A stretch of 28,831 nucleotides of DNA from Acidobacteriota bacterium (GTDB lineage: Bacteria; Acidobacteriota; UBA6911; JACQSX01), in assembly GCA_036507075.1 (NCBI GenBank), contig DASXQR010000170.1:1-28831 (forward strand), given 5' to 3'. Position numbers and translations under genes: made by a program. The notes under the pieces were generated by a model, which saw only the letters and a program-made list of their open reading frames with translations, made no database searches and was not told where the DNA came from. Below are positions 8,929-17,152 of the stretch, piece after piece (positions within the stretch are counted from its first letter, which is position 1; each line of letters opens with the position of its first letter).

Positions 8929-10362
8929 GTACCGCGGCATTTTGGGATCGACAAGCTGCGCCCAGGCGTCGATGCCGCCCTTCAAGTTCCGCACTTTCTT
9001 GAATCCAGCCTGCCGCAGGAAATCAACCGCCTTGGCGCTGCGGCCGCCCATCTTGCAGTGGGCCACGATCTCGTCGGCGCTGTTCAGTTCGTTCACACGT
9101 TGGGGAAGCTCGCCGAGCGGAATCAAATGCGACCCTTCCAGGCGAGAGATCTGATACTCATGGGGCTCGCGTACGTCGAGTATGAAGATATTGGCCTTTC
9201 GGTCCATCAAATCTTTTAACTCGGTGACGGTAAGCTCGCCTTCCGATTGCACGGGCGCTGCGTGCGCGGGCGTGACGCCGCAGAACTGTTCATAATCGAT
9301 CAGGGTGCGAATTTCATGGGTCCCGCAAGCCGGACATTTCGGGTCCTTGCGCAGCTTCAACTCGCGGAACTTCATCTGCAGGGCGTCAAACAGCAACAGC
9401 CGTCCAATCAGCGGCCGCCCCGCCCCTAAGATCAGTTTCACCGCTTCTGTCGCTTGGATCGTTCCTACGATTCCAGGCAGCACCCCCAGAACTCCGCCTT
9501 CGGCGCAACTGGGCACCAGTCCGGGCGGCGGCGGTTCCGGATACAGGCAGCGGTAGCAGGGCCCTTCCTGAGTGGCGAAAATACTTGCCTGTCCCTCGAA
9601 TCGGAAAATGCTTCCGTAGACATTTGGTTTTCCCGTCAGCACACAGGCATCGTTGACCAGATAGCGCGTGGCGAAATTATCCGTTCCATCCACCACGATG
9701 TCGTAGTCGCGGAAAAGCTCCAGGGCGTTTTGTGAGGTGAGCCGCGTTTCATACGGTTTCACCTGGACATTTGGATTGATCTGCGTGATCCGTTCCTGCG
9801 CGCTTGCCAGTTTCGATTGGCCGACGGCTTCAGTGGAATGCAGGATCTGGCGCTGCAGGTTGCTGAAATCAACCACGTCAAAATCCACTATCCCCATCCG
9901 CCCGATGCCTGCCGCCGCCAGATACATGGCTGCGGGCGATCCGAGCCCGCCGGCGCCGATCAACAGCACGCTGGCCGCTTTCAGCTTCTTTTGTCCCTCC
10001 ATCCCGACTTCGGGCATGATCAGATGACGGCTGTAGCGCTTGATCTCGTCGTTGGAAAGCTCCGCCGGCCGTGCCAATGTCACCGAGCTGCCGCCTGCGA
10101 TAGAAGGCACAATGCTGATGATGTCGCCGTCTTTCAACGGCGTCTGCTCCCTCTGTAGGTATCGGATATCCTCGTCGTTCAGATAAATGTTGACGAAGCT
10201 GCGCAGTTTCCCTTCTTCGTTGTAGAGGTGATTTTTCAAATCCGAATATTTCGTCGTCAGATTGCGCAGCAGTTCTGCCACAGTGTTTCCATCGAGCTCG
10301 ATGGAATCGCTTTTGCCCGCATACTGCCGCAGCGGTGTTGGAATCATTACTTTCTTAGGCAT
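8926..10362 (-). CDS. moeB: MoaD/CysO-like ubiquitin-fold sulfur carrier fused to MoeB/ThiF E1 adenylyltransferase and a rhodanese domain (MoeZ-like)
   Basis: Residues 1-91 form a beta-grasp domain ending ISIVPSIAGG. Then RYSRH, GAGGLG, SNLQRQ, DGTDNF, CYRC, SCAEGG, CPAC and a C-terminal rhodanese (DVREPHE, HCKMGGRS). Confidence 0.92.
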   Translation of the reverse strand: MPKKVMIPTPLRQYAGKSDSIELDGNTVAELLRNLTTKYSDLKNHLYNEEGKLRSFVNIYLNDEDIRYLQREQTPLKDGDIISIVPSIAGGSSVTLARPAELSNDEIKRYSRHLIMPEVGMEGQKKLKAASVLLIGAGGLGSPAAMYLAAAGIGRMGIVDFDVVDFSNLQRQILHSTEAVGQSKLASAQERITQINPNVQVKPYETRLTSQNALELFRDYDIVVDGTDNFATRYLVNDACVLTGKPNVYGSIFRFEGQASIFATQEGPCYRCLYPEPPPPGLVPSCAEGGVLGVLPGIVGTIQATEAVKLILGAGRPLIGRLLLFDALQMKFRELKLRKDPKCPACGTHEIRTLIDYEQFCGVTPAHAAPVQSEGELTVTELKDLMDRKANIFILDVREPHEYQISRLEGSHLIPLGELPQRVNELNSADEIVAHCKMGGRSAKAVDFLRQAGFKKVRNLKGGIDAWAQLVDPKMPRY

Positions 10363-10816
10363 GTTCGTTCTCCTTGGCCGCGCAAGCCGCGTTGCTGCTC
10401 AGGGAAATCTCCACCGACTTGAACCGCGTCCGATCTTCCTGCAGTTCCCAAGCGCTCAAACTGTCCGGGTATCCCTGCTTGATCGAAACAATAATGTACT
10501 GGTACCAGGGCCATGCATGTTCCAGATCAAACTGGCTCGGTCTTGCCTCCACGTCGGGATGGGAATGATAGAACCCGAGAATCTGGAGGCCTTTTTCGCG
10601 CGCGTACTTCTCAGCAGCCACCATGTCTTCGGCTTGAATCAAAAACCGGTTGCGGCGCGACTGCTGGTTCTGATTGACCAGCGGGCGAAGTTCCGTCACG
10701 TTTCGCATTCCTTCCGGAGACGAGTTGCCCAGCAGAATGCCGCAGCATTCTTCGGGGTAGGCTTTCTGCCCGTGCTCCTTGATGCTCACAAGGTTTGCTT
10801 CGTCAATGCAAATCAT
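10355..10816 (-). CDS. Mov34/MPN/JAMM (M67) metallopeptidase, Mec-like
   Basis: YPEECCG and GFYHSHPDVEARPSQFD (E...HxH...S..D JAMM motif). SD GGAGG before ATG 10816; overlaps both neighbouring genes. Confidence 0.92.
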   Translation of the reverse strand: MICIDEANLVSIKEHGQKAYPEECCGILLGNSSPEGMRNVTELRPLVNQNQQSRRNRFLIQAEDMVAAEKYAREKGLQILGFYHSHPDVEARPSQFDLEHAWPWYQYIIVSIKQGYPDSLSAWELQEDRTRFKSVEISLSSNAACAAKENEHA

Positions 10817-11732
10817 GTTCCTCCCAAAAGGATTCACTGAGGTAACGATCGCCGCTGTCGGGAAAGATTACAACGATAGCACCTTTTCGGATGCTGTTTG
10901 CAACCTCGAGAGCTGCCACGGTTGCGGCGCCCGCCGAGATTCCCGCCAACACTCCCTCCTGGCGGGCCAACTGAAGCACCATTCGATAGGCGCTTTCCGT
11001 GGCCACCTGCATCTGTCGATCGGCCAGTGTGGGGTCGTAAATCCCGGGAACAATGGCGGTAGCCATATGCTTCATGCCTTCCAGACCGTGCATCGGCGAA
11101 TCGGGCTGCACTGCGACCGCCTCCAGACCTGGCTTCTTGCTCTTCAAGAACCGGGTAGCGCCGACAAATGTCCCGGTCGTTCCCAGGCCGGCGACAAAGT
11201 GTGTGATCTCTCCGCCGGTCTGTTCCCAGATCTCAGCTCCGGTGGTTTCAAAATGCGCTCGCCAGTTTGAGTCGTTGTTGTACTGGTCGGCGTAATAATA
11301 AATGTCGGGCCGCTCGGCGTTCAATTGCCGCGCCTTGCGGATGGCGCCATCCGAGCCTTCCAGAGAACTGGTGAAGATCAGTTCCGCGCCATGCGCACGC
11401 AGAATGCGCCTTCTCTCCGGATTGATGTTCTCAGGTACGGCGAGAGCCACGCGAAAGCCCCGAACGGCTCCGATCATTGCGTACGCGATACCGGTGTTCC
11501 CGCTGGTCGCGTCCAGCAGAGTTTTTTTTGGAGTCAGCAAACCCCGCGCCTCCGCGTCCAGAACAATGGCGCGAGCGGCGCGGTCCTTAATGGAGCCGCC
11601 TGGATTAAACCACTCCGCCTTGGCCAGAATTTTCACGTCCGGGTTGGCGCTCAGGCTTGAGATATCCACCAGAGGCGTTTTGCCGATCAGATCGAAAATT
11701 GTCGAGCTTAGCAGTCCGGTGCCGATGGTCAT
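10803..11732 (-). CDS. cysM: Cysteine synthase family PLP enzyme (CysM/CysK-like)
   Basis: IGKTPL, KAEWFNPGGSIKDR, DATSGNTGI, QYNN, GLGTTGT, PDSGDRYLS. Confidence 0.9.
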   Translation of the reverse strand: MTIGTGLLSSTIFDLIGKTPLVDISSLSANPDVKILAKAEWFNPGGSIKDRAARAIVLDAEARGLLTPKKTLLDATSGNTGIAYAMIGAVRGFRVALAVPENINPERRRILRAHGAELIFTSSLEGSDGAIRKARQLNAERPDIYYYADQYNNDSNWRAHFETTGAEIWEQTGGEITHFVAGLGTTGTFVGATRFLKSKKPGLEAVAVQPDSPMHGLEGMKHMATAIVPGIYDPTLADRQMQVATESAYRMVLQLARQEGVLAGISAGAATVAALEVANSIRKGAIVVIFPDSGDRYLSESFWEEHDLH

Positions 11733-11736
11733 GGGA

Positions 11737-12180
11737 TCAAATATGGTACATCAGCACATCACGCTGCTGCTGTTGTCGATTCTTCAGATCCTCCAGCGAG
11801 ATGGACGCAAGGTCTTGAATGAAGTGACGCTCGATTTCCGTCCAGATGCCTTTCACGAATTTGCGATCATTGTCGATGATCTCGTCGATTTCATCCTCCT
11901 CGCGATTGCCCAGAAGATGGATGCTTCCCTCGACCGCTTCGATGGCATCGCGCAAAGAAATCTCAGAAGGTGAAACAGCCAGTTGATAGCCTCCTTTGGC
12001 TCCTCGCACCGACTTCACCAGCCCGGCCTTTTTCAGCGCCAGCAGGATCTGTTCCAGAAAGCGGTGCGGAATCCGTTGGGCCAGTGAAATATCGCGCGAT
12101 TGCACGGGTCTGTTGGCAGTGTCGAGAGCCAAATGGAACAGCGCGAGAATTGCATAATCAGATTTGGCCGTGATCTTCAT
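11737..12180 (-). CDS. Rrf2 family transcriptional regulator, CymR-like (no Cys ligands)
   Basis: MKITAKSDYA, FLEQIL, LVKSVRGAKGGYQL, ISLRDAIEAVEG. No cysteine in the protein; C-terminus LMYHI. Confidence 0.92.
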   Translation of the reverse strand: MKITAKSDYAILALFHLALDTANRPVQSRDISLAQRIPHRFLEQILLALKKAGLVKSVRGAKGGYQLAVSPSEISLRDAIEAVEGSIHLLGNREEDEIDEIIDNDRKFVKGIWTEIERHFIQDLASISLEDLKNRQQQQRDVLMYHI

Positions 12181-12182
12181 AC

Positions 12183-12217
12183 CCGATGATATTAATCGGA
12201 TTAATCTGGTTTTTCAA
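12183..12217 (-). promoter_or_regulatory. Sigma70-like promoter of the sulfur operon with overlapping palindromic operator
   Basis: TTGAAA (12217-12212), 17 bp, TAATAT (12194-12189), 8 nt before the ATG, no SD. Palindrome CCGAT-N7-ATCGG (12183-12199) straddles the -10. Confidence 0.55.
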
Positions 12218-12396
12218 TCCCTTGAAAATAAAGCCTTCTAGTGAAGAATCCGTTCCTGACCGCTGGGACAAGGACGTGAGAAAAAATCAGTACCGCACCC
12301 GTAAGCCCAGATTATTCATAAACTGGACAACGAACTGCAACCCCAACGATGCCTGCAAGTGGTGCTTATATCTGCCGGCTGCCGATTGGCCATAGT

Positions 12397-12494
12397 GCTT
12401 TCACCGCAGAGTCGCCGAGATCGCCGAGGTTTCGCAGAGTTGCAGTCAAGCCTCTGCGAATTCTCAGCGTACTCTGCGCCTCGGCGGTGAATGC
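12397..12494. repeat. Long imperfect hairpin with tandem (CGCCGAGAT-like) arms
   Basis: TTCACCGCAGAGTCGCCGAGATCGCCGAG ... CTCAGCGTACTCTGCGCCTCGGCGGTGAA. Confidence 0.7.
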
Positions 12495-12550
12495 AATTGT
12501 GGCCGGCTTGCAGATATGTACTGGGGAGATACGCCTGCTTCTTGTCGCGG

Positions 12551-13051
12551 CTACAGCGTGGCGCCGATTTCGCGGGAGAGCCAGACAATGAACATGATTG
12601 GGAGCAGCAAAGCCAGCGCAAGCGCCCCCAGGATGGAAACCACAAAGATCCAGTCCCACAAGGTTGGTTCGGCTGCCTCAAAGGCATGTTTTTCCAGCAG
12701 GCGCATGTTCTTGGTGTTGGATTTCCACACGAAATCAATCGCGTCGCCCACGAAAGGAACCACGCCCACAAATAGATCGATCAGAACATTCAGTACCATC
12801 TTCGCCTGGATCACTCTTGGGATGCGCATTTGGAATGCATTCACCAGGATGCAAGTGGAGAGAATAGTGGTGATCAGGTCGCCAAATCCGGGAAACAATC
12901 CGATGATCGCATCCCACCCAAAGCGAAAGCGCGTGCCGGGAACCCTGAACGCCTTGTCCAGCAGAAAGCTCCAGTGCTGCAACTGTTCAAAGCGCGCGCG
13001 CTGCCGGTCGTCCAGCCTTGTGACTCGACCCTCTCTGATTTCATCTCCCAT
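12551..13051 (-). CDS. DUF4112 family membrane protein
   Basis: LLDKAFRVPGTRFRFGWDAIIGLFPGFGD...GVVPFVGDAIDFVWKSNTKN. Confidence 0.88.
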   Translation of the reverse strand: MGDEIREGRVTRLDDRQRARFEQLQHWSFLLDKAFRVPGTRFRFGWDAIIGLFPGFGDLITTILSTCILVNAFQMRIPRVIQAKMVLNVLIDLFVGVVPFVGDAIDFVWKSNTKNMRLLEKHAFEAAEPTLWDWIFVVSILGALALALLLPIMFIVWLSREIGATL

Positions 13052-13064
13052 GGTTTTATTTTAA

Positions 13065-13182
13065 CTTGGCGTTCTTGGCGGTCTTCGCGGTTAAGTTTTT
13101 TGTTGGATAATCGGGGACTTGCGGTCGTGGTACTAATGGGGGCGAAGACGTTCGACTTTGGACTTTCCAGACCTTTGACTTA
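13065..13182. repeat. Single-arm CTTGGCG and TTCGACT-type arrays
   Basis: CTTGGCGTTCTTGGCGGTCTTCGCGGTTAA (13065-13094); TTCGACTTTGGACTTTCCAGACCTTTGACTTA (13151-13182) overlapping the EVE gene stop. Confidence 0.65.
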
Positions 13183-13581
13183 TTTCCCCATGCGCAGGAT
13201 TTCGTCGAAGTGTTCTTTTGTCAGAGGTGTTACTGCAATGCGCTGGATTTTGAGGAACGTCATACCGGCGAGCCTTCGATTGGCTTTGAGGTCGGCCAGT
13301 GGAACGCTTTTCTTCAGCCGCCGCGGCGAATCCAGATCGACAACGACCAGTTTCTTTTCTTTGTCTTTCGGATCCGGATAAGGTTCAGAGGCCACGCCGG
13401 CTGTTCCTATGACAGCCTTGTCCGGCGCCGTGTGATAGATCAAAACCGTATCGCCCCGCGACATATTTCGCATGTGTTTTTGTGCCAGGCTGCCGGCGAT
13501 ACCGTCCCAGACGGCGCGCTTCTGTTTTTCCAGGTCGTCAAAGCTGTAGGATTTCGGATCGGCAAGAAGGAGCCAGAACAT
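13180..13581 (-). CDS. EVE domain protein (PUA/ASCH superfamily)
   Basis: FWLLLADPKSYSFDDL, WDGI, MSRGDTVLIYHT, PYPDP, VPLADLK, RIAVTPLT. Confidence 0.88.
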   Translation of the reverse strand: MFWLLLADPKSYSFDDLEKQKRAVWDGIAGSLAQKHMRNMSRGDTVLIYHTAPDKAVIGTAGVASEPYPDPKDKEKKLVVVDLDSPRRLKKSVPLADLKANRRLAGMTFLKIQRIAVTPLTKEHFDEILRMGK

Positions 13582-13596
13582 GGTGCGAGATTATCA

Positions 13597-13821
13597 GGCC
13601 GGTCCGGATAATTCAAAAACATTAACCGCCAAGAACACCAAGAGCGCAAAGATGGCGCGGGGGAATGGCCTGGAGCTTAAAGCATGAAGGCCCGTAAGAA
13701 TTTGGATGTTGTTTTCGCTGCGTCGGCCTTCATGCTTTAAGCTCCAGGCCATTCCCCCGCGCTGTTCTTAGCGTTCTTGGTGTTCTTGGCGGTTAATGTT
13801 TTTGAATTATCCAGGCTGGCC
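13597..13821. repeat. Large palindrome, about 95-bp arms and a 32-nt loop
   Basis: 13606-13692 (GGATAATTCAAAAACATTAACCGCCAAG...GCATGAAGGCC) is nearly exactly inverted at 13725-13812. Confidence 0.9.
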
Positions 13822-13868
13822 AGCTAATGTACACTGGTAACCGGTAACTCTTGCCGCTTGTAACTTGA

Positions 13869-14552
13869 ATGTTCTTTCCGATCGGTGATGATGACAGCCA
13901 GGTAAGAACAACAGGCGCGGTGACGATGACGCTCATCATCATCAACGTGCTGGTGTTCCTTTACCAGTGGTCGCTGGGCGCGAACCTGGAACATTTCATT
14001 CGCGCTTATGCAACCGTTCCCGCTGAAATCTCCACCGGTCACGACTTGCCTCCGGACATCCCGTTTCCAGTCTATGTCACATTGATTACCGCTATGTTTA
14101 TGCATGGCGGCTTCATGCATATCTTTGGCAACATGATTTATCTGTGGGTGTTCGGCAACAACATCGAAGATGCCCTGGGTCGGGGGCGCTTCCTGGTCTT
14201 TTATCTGTTGTGCGGAATCCTTGCCGGCCTGGCGCACGTGATCTTCAATGTGCATTCGAGGATTCCCAGTCTGGGCGCCTCGGGGGCGATTTCGGGCGTG
14301 CTGGGGGCATATCTTGTCATGTTCCCGCGTGGTCGAGTAAAGATCCTGATCGGCTTCAGAATGGTGACACAAACTTCGGCCTGGGTTGCGCTTGGGGGAT
14401 GGATCCTCCTGCAGTTGATAAGCGGTTTCCTTTCGCTGGGGGTAACCGCGGAAAATGCCGCCGGCGTCGCCTTCTGGGCACATATAGGCGGTTTCTTTGC
14501 GGGCATGGTACTGGGTCCGCTGATGCGCCGGCGCGGCGGCGTTGCCATCTGA
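13869..14552 (+). CDS. Rhomboid family intramembrane serine protease
   Basis: AMFMHGGFMHIFGNM, GASGAISG (catalytic Ser), AFWAHIGGF (catalytic His). Confidence 0.95.
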   Translation: MFFPIGDDDSQVRTTGAVTMTLIIINVLVFLYQWSLGANLEHFIRAYATVPAEISTGHDLPPDIPFPVYVTLITAMFMHGGFMHIFGNMIYLWVFGNNIEDALGRGRFLVFYLLCGILAGLAHVIFNVHSRIPSLGASGAISGVLGAYLVMFPRGRVKILIGFRMVTQTSAWVALGGWILLQLISGFLSLGVTAENAAGVAFWAHIGGFFAGMVLGPLMRRRGGVAI

Positions 14553-14647
14553 GAGTGGAGCACGAATTACACGAATTTCACGAATTTCACGAATCTTTTA
14601 AATAATTTCGTGTAATTCGTGTAATTCGTGTAATTCGTGCTCCACTC
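14553..14647. repeat. Palindrome of 9-mer (CACGAATTW)n arms
   Basis: GAGTGGAGCACGAATTACACGAATTTCACGAATTTCACGAA ... TTCGTGTAATTCGTGTAATTCGTGTAATTCGTGCTCCACTC; begins immediately after the rhomboid stop. Confidence 0.9.
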
Positions 14648-14667
14648 CGTGCTCGACGGAGGAATTG

Positions 14668-16701
14668 ATGAAAACCAAAGTTGCCATACTTGCGCTGCTG
14701 GCGGCTCTTTCCATGCAGTTTTCCATTGCGGCAACACGTCCCATGACAGTCACCGACTGGATGAATGTCAAGCGTGTCGGAAATGCGCGCGTCTCACCCG
14801 ACGGCAGCCAGATCCTTTTCAGCCTGACAGAAAACAACTGGAAAGAGAATAAATCTGTTTCTCACATTTATCGCGCCAGTACCGATGGCGGCAGCCTGCG
14901 CCAGATGACCAACGGCGCCGATGGGGAGTCATCGCCGGCGTGGTCTCCCGACGGCAAGTCGTTCGCGTTCACCGCAAAACGCGAGCCGTCCAAAGAAACT
15001 CAGATCTTTTTGCAGCCCAACGACGGCGGAGAGGCCGTTGCCCTCACCAATCACAAGACCTCGGTTTCCCAATTCCGCTGGGCGCCGGACGGTTCCGGCA
15101 TCTGGTTCATCGCTTCCGATCCGAAGCCGGCCGAGCTGGAAAAGCGCGAGAAGGAGAAGGACGATGCTTACTCTTTCGAAAGGAATTACCAGCAGCGCCA
15201 CCTTTGGAAAATAAACCTGGCGGACAAAAAGGAGGAACAGGTCACGCGGGGAGATTACTCGATCGCGGAATTTGAAATTGCGCGCACCGGCAAACTGATT
15301 GCCGCGGCGATCGCGCCCAACCCTTTGCTGGAAGATCGCGACGAGATCGAGCTGTGGGTGATGGATACGTCCGGAAGCAGTCGCAGGCGACTTACCACCA
15401 ACAAAATTGATGAAAATCTTGTCGACATTTCCCCCGACGGCAAATGGGTGCTCTTCAGCGCGGGAGCCGATGAAAACTTTCAGGGCTACTTTCAAACAGC
15501 ACTTTTCCTCGTTCCTGCCGAAGGCGGAAAGGCCCGGCTGCTGCTGCCGGATTTTACCGGCGAAGTCAACCAGGGATACTTTTCCAGCGACGGCAGCGAG
15601 ATCTATGCCCTGGCCAATCTGGGCGTTCATACCGAAGTGATCGCCGTCGGTTTGAGCGGCCGGAAAGAACGCGCTCTCACATCAGGACAAAATGTTATTA
15701 CCTCGTTCGAATTTGACCCAAGATCGAGGATCATGGCTTTGGTCAAATCCGGCCCTGCCAGCCCGGGAGAAGTGTTCGTGATGCGCGAGGCTGATTTCAA
15801 GCCCCGACAGGTCACGCACTTGTTCGATCTGGAGAAGGATTTCGAGCTCCCGCGTGTCGAAGTGGTGCGCTGGAAAGGCACGGATGGAATAGACGTCGAA
15901 GGGGTTCTGTTTTACCCGCTGCACTATGAGTCGGGAAAACGCTACCCGCTGGTCACGCAGATTCATGGCGGACCGGCAAGTTCGGTGAAGATCGGGTTTC
16001 CGTCCTCGAGCTCGTATCCTCCGATTCTCGCTGCGTTTGGTTACGCTGTGTTTGCGCCGAACTATCGCGGGGGGACCGGGTACGGCAACGCCTTCTACCG
16101 TGACATGGTGGGTAACTACTTCAACAATGCGGACAATGACGTGATGACGGGAATTGATTTTCTGATAGAGAAGGGAATTGCCGATCCCGAAAAACTGGTG
16201 TTGATGGGCTGGAGCGCCGGAGGTCATATGACCAACTGGCTGATCACGCACACGAACCGCTTCAAAGCCGCGTCCAGCGGGGCCGGCGCTTCAAATTGGA
16301 TTTCAATGTACGCGCAAAGCGACATCCGCAGTCACCGTACTTTCTGGTTTGGAGGAACGCCATGGCAGAAGGACGCGCCGCTGCAGGCGTACCTGGATCA
16401 GTCCCCGCTGAAATACATCGCCAATGCCCGCACCCCGACGCTGATATTTGTCGGGGAGCGCGACGAGCGGGTCCCCATGCCGCAGTCCGTGGAGATGTAT
16501 CGCGGATTGAAGGCCAACGGAGTTCCTACCGAGCTGGTGGTCCTGCCGCGCGAGCCTCATGGGCCGAGAGAACTCCGGCATCAGCTCTTCAAAATCAGCA
16601 AGGAACTCTGGTGGTTCGAAAAATACGTTCGCGGTCGCGACTATCGCTTTGAAAAGCCGCCTTCGGCCGAGGACAAGCCTTCTGACGCCAAACCGGAGTG
16701 A
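14668..16701 (+). CDS. Secreted S9 family peptidase (dipeptidyl aminopeptidase / acylaminoacyl peptidase-like)
   Basis: Signal peptide, WSPDG-type propeller repeats, IHGGP, NYRGGTGYG, GWSAGG nucleophile, DERVP, EPHG. SD GGAGG. Confidence 0.93.
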   Translation: MKTKVAILALLAALSMQFSIAATRPMTVTDWMNVKRVGNARVSPDGSQILFSLTENNWKENKSVSHIYRASTDGGSLRQMTNGADGESSPAWSPDGKSFAFTAKREPSKETQIFLQPNDGGEAVALTNHKTSVSQFRWAPDGSGIWFIASDPKPAELEKREKEKDDAYSFERNYQQRHLWKINLADKKEEQVTRGDYSIAEFEIARTGKLIAAAIAPNPLLEDRDEIELWVMDTSGSSRRRLTTNKIDENLVDISPDGKWVLFSAGADENFQGYFQTALFLVPAEGGKARLLLPDFTGEVNQGYFSSDGSEIYALANLGVHTEVIAVGLSGRKERALTSGQNVITSFEFDPRSRIMALVKSGPASPGEVFVMREADFKPRQVTHLFDLEKDFELPRVEVVRWKGTDGIDVEGVLFYPLHYESGKRYPLVTQIHGGPASSVKIGFPSSSSYPPILAAFGYAVFAPNYRGGTGYGNAFYRDMVGNYFNNADNDVMTGIDFLIEKGIADPEKLVLMGWSAGGHMTNWLITHTNRFKAASSGAGASNWISMYAQSDIRSHRTFWFGGTPWQKDAPLQAYLDQSPLKYIANARTPTLIFVGERDERVPMPQSVEMYRGLKANGVPTELVVLPREPHGPRELRHQLFKISKELWWFEKYVRGRDYRFEKPPSAEDKPSDAKPE

Positions 16702-16702
16702 A

Positions 16703-17114
16703 TTGTCCGTGATCCGTTTGTCCGTTGTCAGTGGTCCGTAGTCCGTTGTCAGTTGTCTGTTTGATCCGAAAGTCAAAACCCGAAAGTCGAAGGTCGAAAG
16801 TCGAAAGCAGGAGGCAGAAGGCAGGAGGCAGGAAGCAGGAGGCGGAAGGCAGACATTCGACAGAGCCGAACCGCGCGCGTCAGCAAGCGGACCCTCGATG
16901 TAACGCTCTAATTAACTTGGCGGTAGGTGTTAAGTTGGAGGGTCCATTTGCTGACGCGCGCGGTTCGGCTGGCCTTCCGCCTGCCTGCCTCCTGCTTGGG
17001 ACTTTCGACCTTCGACTTTCGACCTTCGACTTTCGACCTTCGACTTTTGACTTAGCAACGACCACGGGCCATTGACCACGGACAACTGACCAAGAACAAC
17101 CGACAACTGACAAC
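16703..17114. repeat. Nested composite palindromic element A-B-C-core-C'-B'-A'
   Basis: A (GTCCGTT/GTCAGTT)n 16703-16757; B (AAGTCGA)n 16767-16806; C (GGCAGGA)n 16807-16847; core 16848-16978; C' 16976-16996; B' (TTCGACY)n 17000-17052; A' (CAACTGA/CACGGAC)n 17056-17114. Confidence 0.9.
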
Positions 17115-17152
17115 AAATGAAACATTTCCCTCGATTTTTCATCTAACCACGT

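Noticed and set aside
8926..10816. E1 plus JAMM as an anti-phage ubiquitin-like system (CBASS Cap2/Cap3 or Bil)
   Set aside because: No E2, cyclase or effector; the rhodanese, cysteine synthase and CymR-like regulator point to sulfur metabolism.
14553..14647. Tandem repeat tracts as CRISPR arrays (also 24160-24336 and 27268-27466)
   Set aside because: Units are 7-9 nt, contiguous, without unique spacers; no cas genes.
16725..17142. Short ORFs such as SKVESRRSKVEG and RQEAEG across the nested element
   Set aside because: They are translations of heptamer arrays, which lack stops in several frames; no RBS.
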